Assembly: GCA_963752475.1 (NCBI GenBank)
Contig: CAVVYR010000004.1
Span: 128,001-192,000, forward strand
Reading direction: 5' to 3'
Length of the DNA: 64,000 bases
Origin: an uncultured Chloroflexia bacterium
GTDB lineage: Bacteria; Chloroflexota; Limnocylindria; Limnocylindrales; CSP1-4
The stretch's first letter is position 1. The number at the start of each line of letters is the position of its first letter. Shown one piece after another: positions 1 to 9,774 of the stretch. The notes under the pieces were generated by a model. The model was not told the origin of the DNA. It saw nothing but the letters and a program-made list of their open reading frames with translations, and did not search any database. Both the position numbers and the translations under genes were made by a program.

Positions 1-120
1 CGCATGCGCCGGCTGGGTTTCCCTGGCTTCTGCCCTACCGGCTCGCCGACCTTTCTGCTCGACCGCTACGGCATGAGCCCCGAGGGCATCGCCGACGCCG
101 CCCGCGAGGTCATGGGCTAG
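1..120 (+). CDS. Transketolase C-terminal subunit, 3' end only (partial)
   Basis: Frame 1 reads RMRRLGFPGFCPTGSPTFLLDRYGMSPEGIADAAREVMG*, a typical transketolase_C tail; the stop abuts the next ATG. Confidence 0.7.
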   Translation, partial: RMRRLGFPGFCPTGSPTFLLDRYGMSPEGIADAAREVMG

Positions 121-1146
121 ATGGGCCGGGCGGACGAGCTGCGCCTGATGACCCGCGTCGCGAGGCTCTACTACGACATGGGCCTCAAGCAGCCCGAGAT
201 CGCCACCCGGCTGCGCCTTTCCCAACCCAAGGTCAGCCGCCTGCTCAAGGGCGCCCAAGACGAGGGCATCGTGCGCATCAGCGTGCGCGCGCCGAGCGGC
301 ACCAACCCCGAGCTCGAGGATGCGCTCGAGGGCCGCTTCGGCCTGACCGAGGTCGAGATCGTGGACATCTCTCGTGATGACGATGACGTGGCGGTGCGCG
401 AGCTGGGCTCCGCCGCCGCCTTCCTGATGGAGACGACGGTGCGCTCCGGCGACGTCATCGGCGTCAGCTCCTGGAGCGCGACGCTGCTGGCGATGGTGGA
501 TGCCATGCACCCCGTCAGCGGCGTCAAGGACGTGCGCGTGGTGCAGATCCTCGGCGGCGGCGGGGACCCCGCGGCCGAAGGCCACGCCACCCACCTCGTG
601 CGACGGCTCACGGACCTGCTGCACGGCGAGGGCACGTTCCTGCCGGCACCCAGCAGCGTCGGCAGCCGGGATGCTCGCGACGTGCTCGTGCAGGATCCCT
701 TCGTGGCACGCGCGATGGCGCTGTGGGATCGGCTCGACGTAGCCTTCGTGGGCATCGGCGGCCAGGAGCCGTCCGGCCTGCTCGCGAGCAGCGGCAACGT
801 CTTCTCACCCGACGAGCTGCGCACGGTGCGTGAGGCCGGCGGCGTCGGAGACATCGGCCTGCGCTACCTCTGCGCCGACGGCTCGCCTGTCGACACACCG
901 CTCGACGAGCGCGTCATCGGCATCGAGCTGGAACAGCTCCGGCGCGCACCCCGCTCGATCGCCGTGGCCGGCGGACCGGACAAGACCGAGGCCATCCACG
1001 CCGCTCTCGTCGGCGGCTGGATCAACTGCCTCGTCACCGACAGCTACACCGGGGAACGCCTGATGCAGATGGACGCCGCTCCGGACAAGACGAACGGACT
1101 CGAGGAGAAGGTCGTGCAAGGACTCATGAGGACACAGACGGCATGA
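121..1146 (+). CDS. SorC/DeoR-type sugar-binding transcriptional regulator
   Basis: N-terminal ARLYY..GLKQPEIA..L.LSQPKVSRLL HTH; sugar-binding domain with GVSSWS, GDI, VAGG..K..AI..AL, LVTD. Confidence 0.92.
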   Translation: MGRADELRLMTRVARLYYDMGLKQPEIATRLRLSQPKVSRLLKGAQDEGIVRISVRAPSGTNPELEDALEGRFGLTEVEIVDISRDDDDVAVRELGSAAAFLMETTVRSGDVIGVSSWSATLLAMVDAMHPVSGVKDVRVVQILGGGGDPAAEGHATHLVRRLTDLLHGEGTFLPAPSSVGSRDARDVLVQDPFVARAMALWDRLDVAFVGIGGQEPSGLLASSGNVFSPDELRTVREAGGVGDIGLRYLCADGSPVDTPLDERVIGIELEQLRRAPRSIAVAGGPDKTEAIHAALVGGWINCLVTDSYTGERLMQMDAAPDKTNGLEEKVVQGLMRTQTA

Positions 1147-1835
1147 ACGGCAAGCTGAGCACTGGCGCCATCATCGGCATCGCCGCGGTCGGCGCCTTTC
1201 TGGTCGTGTCGCTGCTGTTCGGATTCACGGTCGTCTCGGTCGAGGAGGAAGAGGCGCTGACGGTCGAGTTCGATCCCGTCACCTACGTCGAAGAGAACTG
1301 GGAGATGGTCCAGGGAGCCATCGTCGAGGACGCTGTCCCGCTGGCTGACATCCTCAACGACATCGAGCCCGGCGCGGACGGCATGGTCGCCACCGAGGAC
1401 CTGACGCCGGTGGCCGAGGCGTTGGGGCTCATCACCACCGGTGAAGCGCATGTCTACAGTGTCACCGGCAGCGGTACCGTCACCGATGTCGATGTCGAGT
1501 CCAGCAAGGGCAGCATCGGCCTCGATGTCGACGGCTACGACGGACCCATCGAGGTCCGCCTCTGGGTGGGCACCCGCATCCCAAGCGACGAGTCCTCGGT
1601 CCGTGACGCGACGGGCCTCATCTCGTTCGGTGACTTCCGCGACCAGACCGAGTACGGCAAGGTCGCCAAGGAGATCAACAAGAAGGTAGCGACCGACCTT
1701 GAGGCGCTCGACAAGGAGAGCCTTCAGGGCAAGCACATCGACTTCACCGGCGCCTTCACCACTCGCACCTTCAACCAGCCCACCATCGATATCAGCGAGA
1801 TCAACGTCGTGCCCATCGAGGTGACCGAGTCGTGA
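1143..1835 (+). CDS. DUF2291-family membrane-anchored protein accompanying polyol/branched-sugar ABC transporters
   Basis: N-terminal TM; FDPVTYVEENW, SVRDATGLISFGDFRDQTEY motifs; ATGA overlap with the regulator. Confidence 0.8.
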   Translation: MNGKLSTGAIIGIAAVGAFLVVSLLFGFTVVSVEEEEALTVEFDPVTYVEENWEMVQGAIVEDAVPLADILNDIEPGADGMVATEDLTPVAEALGLITTGEAHVYSVTGSGTVTDVDVESSKGSIGLDVDGYDGPIEVRLWVGTRIPSDESSVRDATGLISFGDFRDQTEYGKVAKEINKKVATDLEALDKESLQGKHIDFTGAFTTRTFNQPTIDISEINVVPIEVTES

Positions 1836-3421
1836 CCCTGGCTCGAACCCCTGAAACCGCGATGTCCCTGCGAGTGCCCATGCGCGCGGAGCACATCACC
1901 AAGGTCTTCCCGGGTACGACAGCGCTCGATGACGTCACATTCGACGTTCACGAAGGCCGCGTCAACGTGCTCGTGGGCGAGAACGGCGCGGGCAAGTCGA
2001 CGCTGATGAAGGTGCTCGCCGGCGTGGAGCAGCCCACCGACGGACGCATCCTCATGGACGGTGAACCGGTCCACCTTCCGACCGTCACAGCGGCACAGGA
2101 GCACGGCGTCGGCATCATCTTCCAGGAGCTCAACCTGTGCACCAACCTGACGGTGCTGGACAACCTGTTCCTGGCCCAGGAGATCACCCGCGGCGGCGCT
2201 GTCATCGACAAGGGCGCGCAGCGCAAGCTGGCGGTGGAGCTCTTCGAGCGGCTGGGACAGGACATCGACCCCGACGAGATCGTGACCAATCTGCCCATCG
2301 GCCAGCAGCAGATCGTCGAGATCGCCAAGGCGCTCACCCATGACGTTCGTGTGCTCATCATGGATGAGCCCACCTCGGCGCTGAGCCAGGCGGAGGTCAA
2401 GGGCCTGTTCCGCATCATCGAGGACCTCAAGTCCCGGGGCGTGGCCATCGTCTACATCAGCCACAAGCTCGAGGAGCTGCTGCAGGTCGGCGACCGCATC
2501 ACGGTGATGCGCGACGGGCGCATCGTGGCCCACGCGGAAGCCGCCGAGGTGGACGTTGCCTGGATCATCGAACAGATGGTCGGGCGCTCGCCGGCCTCGC
2601 TCTTCAGCCGCAGCGCGCACGAGATCGGCGAGACGCTGCTCGAGGTCAAGGACGTGACGCTGCCGCGGGTCGGTGGCGGCTACCTCGTGAACCACGTCTC
2701 GCTGGAGGTGCACGCGGGCGAGATCCTGGGCCTCTACGGGCTCATGGGCGCCGGCCGCACCGAGCTGATGGAGGTATTGGCGGGCGTGCGCCCCGAGGCC
2801 GATGGCGAGGTCCTACTCGAGGGACGGGAACTCATGGGTGCCGCCGTGTCAGACCGCATCGAAGCGGGCCTGGTGCTCGTGCCCGAGGACCGCAAGACGG
2901 TGGGCCTGATCCCCACGCTCTCGGTCGCTCACAACATGGTCCTCGCGAGCCTGCGGCGCTACCTGAACAACATCTACCTCTCTGGTGGCAAGGAGAAGGT
3001 CGCGGTCGACCAGATGATCAAGGACCTCTCGGTCCGCGTGGCCGACCCGCGCAACAACATCGATTCGCTTAGCGGCGGTAACCAGCAGAAGGTCGTCGTG
3101 GCCAAGGGCCTGCTCACCGAGCCACGGGTCCTGCTCCTCGACGAGCCCACTCGCGGCATCGACGTGGGCGCCAAGAGCGAGATCTTCCAGATCATGAGCC
3201 GCCTCGCGAGCGAGGGCTTCGGCATCGTCTTCGTCAGCTCCGAGCTCAAGGAGGTCATGGCCATGTCCGATCGCATCCTTGTGCTCAGCAAGGGTGAGGT
3301 CGTGGCCGAGTTCCAGGCTGACCGGGCGACGGAGAAGGAGCTGGTCGACGCATCAGCCGTGGGCCATGGACCCGCGACCAGGAGAGAGGGAGAGACAGCG
3401 ACCGTGGAGGTGATCCAGTGA
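1832..3421 (+). CDS. Sugar ABC transporter ATP-binding protein (two NBDs, RbsA-like)
   Basis: GENGAGKST, MDEPT, LSGGNQQK, LDEPTRGIDVGAK. Confidence 0.96.
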   Translation: MTLARTPETAMSLRVPMRAEHITKVFPGTTALDDVTFDVHEGRVNVLVGENGAGKSTLMKVLAGVEQPTDGRILMDGEPVHLPTVTAAQEHGVGIIFQELNLCTNLTVLDNLFLAQEITRGGAVIDKGAQRKLAVELFERLGQDIDPDEIVTNLPIGQQQIVEIAKALTHDVRVLIMDEPTSALSQAEVKGLFRIIEDLKSRGVAIVYISHKLEELLQVGDRITVMRDGRIVAHAEAAEVDVAWIIEQMVGRSPASLFSRSAHEIGETLLEVKDVTLPRVGGGYLVNHVSLEVHAGEILGLYGLMGAGRTELMEVLAGVRPEADGEVLLEGRELMGAAVSDRIEAGLVLVPEDRKTVGLIPTLSVAHNMVLASLRRYLNNIYLSGGKEKVAVDQMIKDLSVRVADPRNNIDSLSGGNQQKVVVAKGLLTEPRVLLLDEPTRGIDVGAKSEIFQIMSRLASEGFGIVFVSSELKEVMAMSDRILVLSKGEVVAEFQADRATEKELVDASAVGHGPATRREGETATVEVIQ

Positions 3422-4491
3422 CGGCCAACGCGCAGGCCGGGGGAACGCGCGGCATGGGAAGAACCGAACTGGCACAGCTGCTGCTACGTGGCCGGGCCTT
3501 CATCGCTCTCATCGTGCTGGCCGTCTTCTTCGCGCTCGTCGAGGACGCGTTCCTCACCGGCGCCAACATCGAGATTCTCATCAAGCAGACGGCGCTCAAC
3601 GGCATCCTCGCCATCGGCATGACCTTCGTCATCCTGACCGGCGGCATCGACCTCTCCGTCGGCTCGATCGTGGGCTTCACCGGCATCGTCGCGGGCCTGC
3701 TCATCAACGAGGGCCTGCAGGCGGCCGACTGGGTCGTCTTCCCGCACACCTGGATGGTGCTGGTCCTCTCGCTGGCGGCGGGCACGTTCCTGGGCGGGGT
3801 CAGCGGCTTCATCATCACCCGCTTCAACGTGGCCCCGTTCATCGCCACGTTAGGGATGTTGATGGTGGCGCGTGGATTAGCCGGCCTCATCAACGGCGGC
3901 AGGACGTTCCCCAACCTCGTGGGCAAGGAGGAGCTGGGCAACACCGGCTTCCGCGAGCTGGGCACGGGCGAGCTCTTCGGCGTCGTGCCGTGGGCCATCG
4001 TCATCCTCATCGTCTTCGCGGTGATCGCGTGGTTCGTGACCACGCGCACGCCGTTCGGGCGCGCCGTCTACGCGGTCGGCGGCAACGAACGCTCGGCGGA
4101 GCTGTCGGGCGTCCGCGTCATGCGCACCAAGATGATCGTCTACATGATCAGCGCCTTCTGCGCCGCGACCGTGGGCCTGATCATCGCCAGCCAGCTGGTC
4201 GCGGCCCACCCGGCCACAGGCAACTACTTCGAGCTCTACGCCATCGCCGCGGTCGTGCTCGGCGGCACCTCGCTCTCAGGCGGCCGCGGCACGATCGTGG
4301 GCACGATGATCGGCGCCTTCGTCATCGGCACGCTCAACAACGGCCTGACGCTGCTGGGCATCTCCAGCTTCCTCGAGCAGGTCATCACCGGCTCGGTGAT
4401 CGTCATCGCCCTCATCATCGACCAGCTCCAGCAGCGCGCCGAGCGGCGTCTGGCCCTGCAGCAGCAGGCCGCCACCGTCGGCGACGACTGA
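3418..4491 (+). CDS. Sugar ABC transporter permease (RbsC-like)
   Basis: GGIDLSVGS, PFIATLG, GR.VYAVGGN, IAAVVLGGTSLSGG. Confidence 0.96.
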   Translation: MTANAQAGGTRGMGRTELAQLLLRGRAFIALIVLAVFFALVEDAFLTGANIEILIKQTALNGILAIGMTFVILTGGIDLSVGSIVGFTGIVAGLLINEGLQAADWVVFPHTWMVLVLSLAAGTFLGGVSGFIITRFNVAPFIATLGMLMVARGLAGLINGGRTFPNLVGKEELGNTGFRELGTGELFGVVPWAIVILIVFAVIAWFVTTRTPFGRAVYAVGGNERSAELSGVRVMRTKMIVYMISAFCAATVGLIIASQLVAAHPATGNYFELYAIAAVVLGGTSLSGGRGTIVGTMIGAFVIGTLNNGLTLLGISSFLEQVITGSVIVIALIIDQLQQRAERRLALQQQAATVGDD

Positions 4492-4628
4492 CCGGACGAC
4501 ACATCACCACCAGACACGCGACAGAGCGAAAGGAGGAACGAGGAGGAGGACCCAGACAGCACGACACGAGGTGTGAGCTGACGCACTGGACAGTCCGGCG
4601 CGCAGCGTGAAGAGAGTGGAGGAACTCG

Positions 4629-5609
4629 ATGTTCAAGAAGAAGCAGACCGCGCTGGCGCTCAGCGCAGCCCTCGCCATCTCCGCCGCCGGCGGGGCCGTG
4701 GCGACGGCACAGGACGAGGGCGGCATGATGTGCGTCATCGTCCCGCCGGTGGAGAACCCGTTCTTCGGTGCCATGCAGCAGATCGCTGCGGACAAGGCCG
4801 AGGAGCTCGGCTACACCACCGACCGCCTGGTCCACAACGACGACGCCAACATGCAGCTGGAGCTCTTCGAGAGCTGCATCGCGCAGGGCGCGGTCGCCAT
4901 CATCCTCGACAACGCGGGCGCTGACGCCACCGTGGCTGCGGTCCAGGCCGCCGCCGACGCGGGCATCCCCAGCTTCCTCGTCGACCGCGAGATCACGCAG
5001 GACGGCGTGGCCGTCGCGCAGATCGTCTCCAACAACTACCAGGGCGCCACCATCCTCGCCGAGTACTTCGCCGAGCTGATGGATGAGGAAGGCACCTACA
5101 TCGAGCTGACCGGTCGCGACACGGACACCAACGCACAGGTCCGCAGCCAGGGCTATCACGACGTGCTGGACGAGATCCCCGAGATGGAGATGGTCGCCCA
5201 GGAGACCGCGAACTGGAGCCAGGACGAAGGCTTCCAGGTCACCGAGGCCCTCCTGCAGGCGAACCCCGACGTCAAGGGCATCATCGCCGGCAACGACACC
5301 ATGGCGCTGGGCGCCCAGGCCGCGATCATGGCCGCGGGCATGGACGACGTCATCGTGGTGGGCTTCGACGGCTCTGACGACGCCATCATCAGCATCGCCG
5401 CTGGCGAGCTGAAGGCCACCTCGCTCCAGCCGGTCGCCGAGATGGCGCTGCAGGCTGCGATCCAGGCCGATGAGTACATCAAGGCCGGCGGCATGACCGA
5501 CATGGAGGAGCGGCAGTCCATCGACATGGTCCTGCTGACCCCCGAGAACGCATGCGACTACTACCAGTTCGCTCCGGTCGAGCCCGGCACGAGCCCGAAC
5601 TGCCAGTAG
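4629..5609 (+). CDS. Sugar ABC substrate-binding protein (Peripla_BP_4; apiose/erythritol-type)
   Basis: Signal peptide; NPFF, LDNAGADAT, VDREI, SNNYQG, NW, NDTMALG, GFDG; GGAGG RBS. Confidence 0.92.
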   Translation: MFKKKQTALALSAALAISAAGGAVATAQDEGGMMCVIVPPVENPFFGAMQQIAADKAEELGYTTDRLVHNDDANMQLELFESCIAQGAVAIILDNAGADATVAAVQAAADAGIPSFLVDREITQDGVAVAQIVSNNYQGATILAEYFAELMDEEGTYIELTGRDTDTNAQVRSQGYHDVLDEIPEMEMVAQETANWSQDEGFQVTEALLQANPDVKGIIAGNDTMALGAQAAIMAAGMDDVIVVGFDGSDDAIISIAAGELKATSLQPVAEMALQAAIQADEYIKAGGMTDMEERQSIDMVLLTPENACDYYQFAPVEPGTSPNCQ

Positions 5610-5727
5610 CAGCACTCACATGAGCCTCGGCCGGCGCTCCTGAGGGTGTCGGCCGGCGCTCCTCCTTCACGGCCGCGCGCACTGCCCAGCACGGCAGGGC
5701 GCGCGGTCTTCTTGTGTCTCGAAGGGG

Positions 5728-5803
5728 TGGTAGGGGAGCCAGGACTCGAACCTGGAACCAGTCGGATATAAGCCGACCGCTCTAACCGTTGAGCTACTCC
5801 CCC
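5728..5803 (-). tRNA. tRNA-Ile with anticodon UAU
   Basis: Reverse complement folds GGGGGAG-TA-GCTC-AACGGTTA-GAGC-G-GTCGG-CTTATAT-CCGAC-TGGTT-CCAGG-TTCGAGT-CCTGG-CTCCCCT-A-CCA; 76 nt, encoded CCA, discriminator A73. Confidence 0.93.
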
Positions 5804-5846
5804 ATGGCATCGAGGTCGCCGCCGATGCTAGCAGGGCAGCTGCCGT

Positions 5847-6260
5847 CTACGGCAGGAGCGGGCGCAGCACCTGGTAGACCACGACCAGCGCGAGGTAGCA
5901 GATGGGGATCGCGGCGAACAGGCCGAGCATCCCGGCCCACGCTGAACGGCGCTTCTCCCCCGGTACGCCCGTGGGCAGCTCCACCCAGAGATAGGTGAAG
6001 ATCGTGCCGCTGAGGATGACCACGACCACGTAGATGGCCGTGGGCCCGATGCCCGCGAAGAACGCCGGCAGCTCCCCGTGGTCGGCGAGCCAGTCGATGA
6101 GCAGCAGGATGACCCCGCCGATACCGGCCACGAGCAGGTTGGCAACCACCGCTCGTACCACCGGCTGCGGGGCGTTCGTCGCCTGCCGCCAACGGACCTC
6201 CAGCTCCGATCGTTGTTTGACCTCACGTGGCGGCGGCTGCTGCTCAGGCGCGTCGGTCAC
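5847..6260 (-). CDS. Small membrane protein of unknown function (about 3 TM helices)
   Basis: GTG start overlaps the upstream stop (GTGA); hydrophobic segments VVANLLVAGIGGVILLLI, AIYVVVVILSGTIFTYLW, AWAGMLGLFAAIPICYLALVVV. Confidence 0.75.
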   Translation of the reverse strand: MTDAPEQQPPPREVKQRSELEVRWRQATNAPQPVVRAVVANLLVAGIGGVILLLIDWLADHGELPAFFAGIGPTAIYVVVVILSGTIFTYLWVELPTGVPGEKRRSAWAGMLGLFAAIPICYLALVVVYQVLRPLLP

Positions 6261-7411
6261 TGGTCCTCCTCGGGGTCGATGGGTCCGCTGATGACCGTCA
6301 GGCTCGGTCGGCGGGGCAGGGTCTCGGGCGTGTGGACCGCCAGCTCGGCGACACGCGCCACGAAGCGGTCGATCTCGCTCTCGCGGTTCCAGGCACCGAC
6401 GCTGACCCGGATGAGATCGGCCTCGGTGTCGGTCTCGACCATAGCGAAGATGCTGCGACCGAGCTCCTGCGCGACCGACTCGGCGCTCCAGCCCTCGATG
6501 CGGAAGGCCGCGATGGCAGCGTGAGCCACAGGATCGGCGACGAGCTCGAGGCCATCGATCGCGCCGAGGTCCTCGTAGAGCTGGTCGGCCAGGGCCAGCG
6601 TGCGGTCGAGCGCCCACGGCAGCTCCACGAACATGAGCAGCCAACCGACGCTCCGAGCGAGGGCCAGCAACGTTCCACGTGCGAACGGCGCCGACGCCTG
6701 CCGCAGCCACTCGGGCAGCTCGCGATCGAGCCCAGGCGTGATCCACAGCGCCGCCACCGCGTCCGGTCCCAGCAGCCAGCGATGGCTCTCGGTGACGACG
6801 AAATCGGCCCCGATGTCGTCGACGTCGAGTGGCATCACACCGGCGGAGCGGGAGACGTCCAGGAGCAGCCGGGCATCAGCCCCGCGCGACGAGGCAGCGA
6901 TGACCGCAGGATCAGCCAGACGACCATCGGCATCCACGTGCGTCATCACCACCAGCGCCGTGGCAGCATCGAAGACGTCTGGGGGCTCGGTGAAAGCGTC
7001 GACCTCTGCTCCGGCGACCTCGGCAACGTCACGGACGGCAGCCGCGATGGCTCGATCGACACCGGGGAGCAATGCCACCCGCTGTCGGGCGCCGGACTCG
7101 AGCACCTCGATGGCCACCAGGCGCGCGGCCTCCGCTGCCCCGTGGGTGAGGATGATGCGCTCGGGCGCCGCGCTGAGTACCGCCGCGATCACGGCCACCG
7201 CCTCACGCTCGCGCTGTCGCAGGTCCTCGTCCCTGTCGGGGCCGACCCGTCCCACCCGCAGCTCCATGTCGTCCGACTCGTGGACCGCAGCCATCGTCTC
7301 GGCCGGCAGCGGCCCGGACTGATGCGTGGCGAGGTAGATGCCGGCGCCGGTCGCGCTCAGCACCTCCCGCAGCCCGCGGACGCGGTCGAAGCGGGATGGG
7401 GGCTTGCTCAT
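6257..7411 (-). CDS. Class V aminotransferase / cysteine desulfurase fold protein with a degenerate active site
   Basis: IYL..SGPLP, LLLDVSRSAGVMPLDV..IGADF, ESHRWLLGP (normally SGHKWL.GP), IRVSVGAWNRESEIDRFV. Confidence 0.8.
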   Translation of the reverse strand: MSKPPSRFDRVRGLREVLSATGAGIYLATHQSGPLPAETMAAVHESDDMELRVGRVGPDRDEDLRQREREAVAVIAAVLSAAPERIILTHGAAEAARLVAIEVLESGARQRVALLPGVDRAIAAAVRDVAEVAGAEVDAFTEPPDVFDAATALVVMTHVDADGRLADPAVIAASSRGADARLLLDVSRSAGVMPLDVDDIGADFVVTESHRWLLGPDAVAALWITPGLDRELPEWLRQASAPFARGTLLALARSVGWLLMFVELPWALDRTLALADQLYEDLGAIDGLELVADPVAHAAIAAFRIEGWSAESVAQELGRSIFAMVETDTEADLIRVSVGAWNRESEIDRFVARVAELAVHTPETLPRRPSLTVISGPIDPEEDQ

Positions 7412-9130
7412 GTGCCCATGGTGCCATCGGTGAGGATGCCGAATCGCCCGGCGACCTGTAGACGCTCGTGCAGCGTGGCCACCGTGCTCAGGCGGTCGAC
7501 CTCCGAGGGTGGCTTGTCGTCGCGGATGCGCACGATGCGCGGGAAGCGCAGCGCGAACCCCGACTTGTGCCGTGAGCTGGCATGGACGACATCGAAGGCG
7601 ATCTCGACCACGACCGTCGGCTCCACCGACCGGTAGCGCCCGAACCGCTCGACCGTATGCGCCTCGAACCACTTCGTCATCTCGGCGATCTCGGCATCGG
7701 TCAGGCCGCTGTAGGCCTTGCCCACGTTGACCAGCGCTCCTTCGGCCGTGCCGGGCCGGTCGTCGATGACCGCGAAGGTGTAGTCCGAGAGCACGCCGTG
7801 CCGTCGGCCATGCCCGACCTCCACGCCCACGACCACGCAGTCGAGCGTGGTCAGCGCCTTCTTCAGCTTCAGCCAGGCGTAGCCACGCCGGCCGGGAGCG
7901 TAGATCGACTCGGGGTCCTTCAGCATCAGCCCCTCGTTGCCTCGCTCCTGGGCCTCGTTGAAGATCCGCTCCAGCTCGGCCTCGTCGGCGGCATCGACGA
8001 GCGCGGCCAGACCGAACCCGGGCGTCGTGGGCAGGTCCAGTGCCTCCAATCGACGTCGACGCTCGCGCAGCGGTTCCCGGAGCAGCGGCTCGGACGGGCT
8101 CCCCTCCCCCAGCGCGAGTGCGTCGAAGGCCACGTAGATGACCGGCACGTCCGCGAGCACCTGCGCGGACGGTTTCTTGCGGCCGATGCGGGTCTGGAGC
8201 TGCAGGAAGGGCAGGACCAGGCCGTCCTTCCAGGCCAGGATCTCGCCGTCGAGGATGCCCTCCCAGGCCGCGGCACGAGCCGCGTCCACGATCTCGGGGA
8301 AGCCGCCGGTGATGTCGTTGAGGTCACGGCTGAAGAGACGCACCTCGTCGCCCTGGCGGTGGAGCTGTGCGCGGATGCCGTCGTACTTGTCCTCCACCCA
8401 CACCGGCGGTGCCAGTCGCTCAAGCGCCTCCGCCTCGTCGGCGACCGGGCTGGCCAACATCGACTTGAGCGGGTGAAAGAGGGAGAGTCGCACCGTGTCG
8501 AGAGCATCGTCGCCTGCCAGCTGCGCGGTGCGGCCGATATCGCCGGTGAGCATGCCCGCCCACTGCACGGCAGGCCAGGTCCTGCTCGAAGGCCCGGGCG
8601 ATGCCCTTCTCGAGGTGCCCGTCGCGGAGCCCGATGCGCAGCTCGCCACCGAGGATGGCGGTGAGGTAGCGCGCGCTCAGCGGATCGGCGCGTCTCAGTA
8701 GCCGGGCGAAGACCTCAGCCTTGGCGTCGCGCCCGCGGGTGGTGGCCAGGCGATCGTAGGCCTCGGCGACCTCGGCCAAGGCCAGGGGCCGGCCGTCGGG
8801 TTCGTGGCCGGCCTCGGCGAGCAGGTCGCCCACGGCGGTGCCCACGTCGGACGAACGGTCGTAGGCGCGGCCCATGGCGCCGGCATCAGCGCCAGCCACC
8901 TCCTGCACCACGGTCGTGATGGCTCGCCAACCGAGTCCGGTCTTGCGCTGGTCCCGCTCCGGGAATGGCCGCCCGCTCAGGAAGACGGCCGCGATGGGCA
9001 GAGCGGCCTCGTCGAGCGCACGCAGGTACTCGGCCACGATGGCCGATTTCTCCGTCGTCTTGGGCGTAGCCCGGATGGCCTCGGCGGTCTCCGCCCAGCG
9101 GAGCATGGTCCCGGTATCCTTCGGCGTCAT
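7408..9130 (-). CDS. ATP-dependent DNA ligase (LigB/LigI type), split by a 1-nt insertion near 8572
   Basis: N-terminal DBD in ORF 8420-9130; EDKYDGIR, LDGEI, EGLMLK, Y.PGRR...WLKLK, FALRFPRI..IRDDK in ORF 7408-8649. Confidence 0.9.
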
Positions 9131-9192
9131 CGGCCCATCCTAGGCGGCCGACACCCTTCCCAGCGTCCCGGCCTGGGTTAGCATCGGCGACC

Positions 9193-9774
9193 ATGGTCAC
9201 CGTCGAGCGTCAGGTCTGGCACCCATCCTCCATCAAAGGGCAACGGGTGGCGCTGCGGCATCACGCCTACGACGATCTGGGCGCGGTGCGGCGGTGGTAT
9301 CGCGACCCCGAGCTGGCGCGCCTCACACGCTACTCGCTGCGCCCGATGAGCGACGAGGACATCGACCGCTTCTTCCACACCCGCCTGATGTCGCCCGAGC
9401 AGGTGGGCTACGCCATCACCGTGCGCGACACGGGCCGGCTCATCGGTTCGACGACGTTCAGCAACCTCGATGCCGACAACGGCTCCACGCTGTTCCACAT
9501 CAGCATCGGCGAGCCCGATGCCTGGGACTACGGCTACGGCACCGAGGCCACCGAGCTGATGCTCTGGCTGGCCTTCGAGCGCATCGGGTTGCACCGTGTG
9601 GCGCTGTCGGTCTTCGGCTTCAACGAACGCGCTATCCGCAGCTACGAGAAGGCGGGGTTCGTCATCGAGGGACGTCACCGTGAGGCCATCGTCCGCGACG
9701 GCGAGCGGCATGACGAGCTGACGATGGGCATCCTCGCCGCTGAGTGGCGAGCGCGGCGCCCGGACGAGGGCTAG
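9193..9774 (+). CDS. GNAT acetyltransferase (RimJ/RimL-like)
   Basis: WDYGYGTEA, GLHRVALSVFGFNERAIRSYEKAGFVIEG. Confidence 0.9.
   Translation: MVTVERQVWHPSSIKGQRVALRHHAYDDLGAVRRWYRDPELARLTRYSLRPMSDEDIDRFFHTRLMSPEQVGYAITVRDTGRLIGSTTFSNLDADNGSTLFHISIGEPDAWDYGYGTEATELMLWLAFERIGLHRVALSVFGFNERAIRSYEKAGFVIEGRHREAIVRDGERHDELTMGILAAEWRARRPDEG

Noticed and set aside
1-5803. Genomic island integrated at the tRNA 3' end
   Set aside because: No integrase, no duplicated tRNA 3' end in the window, and no evident compositional shift
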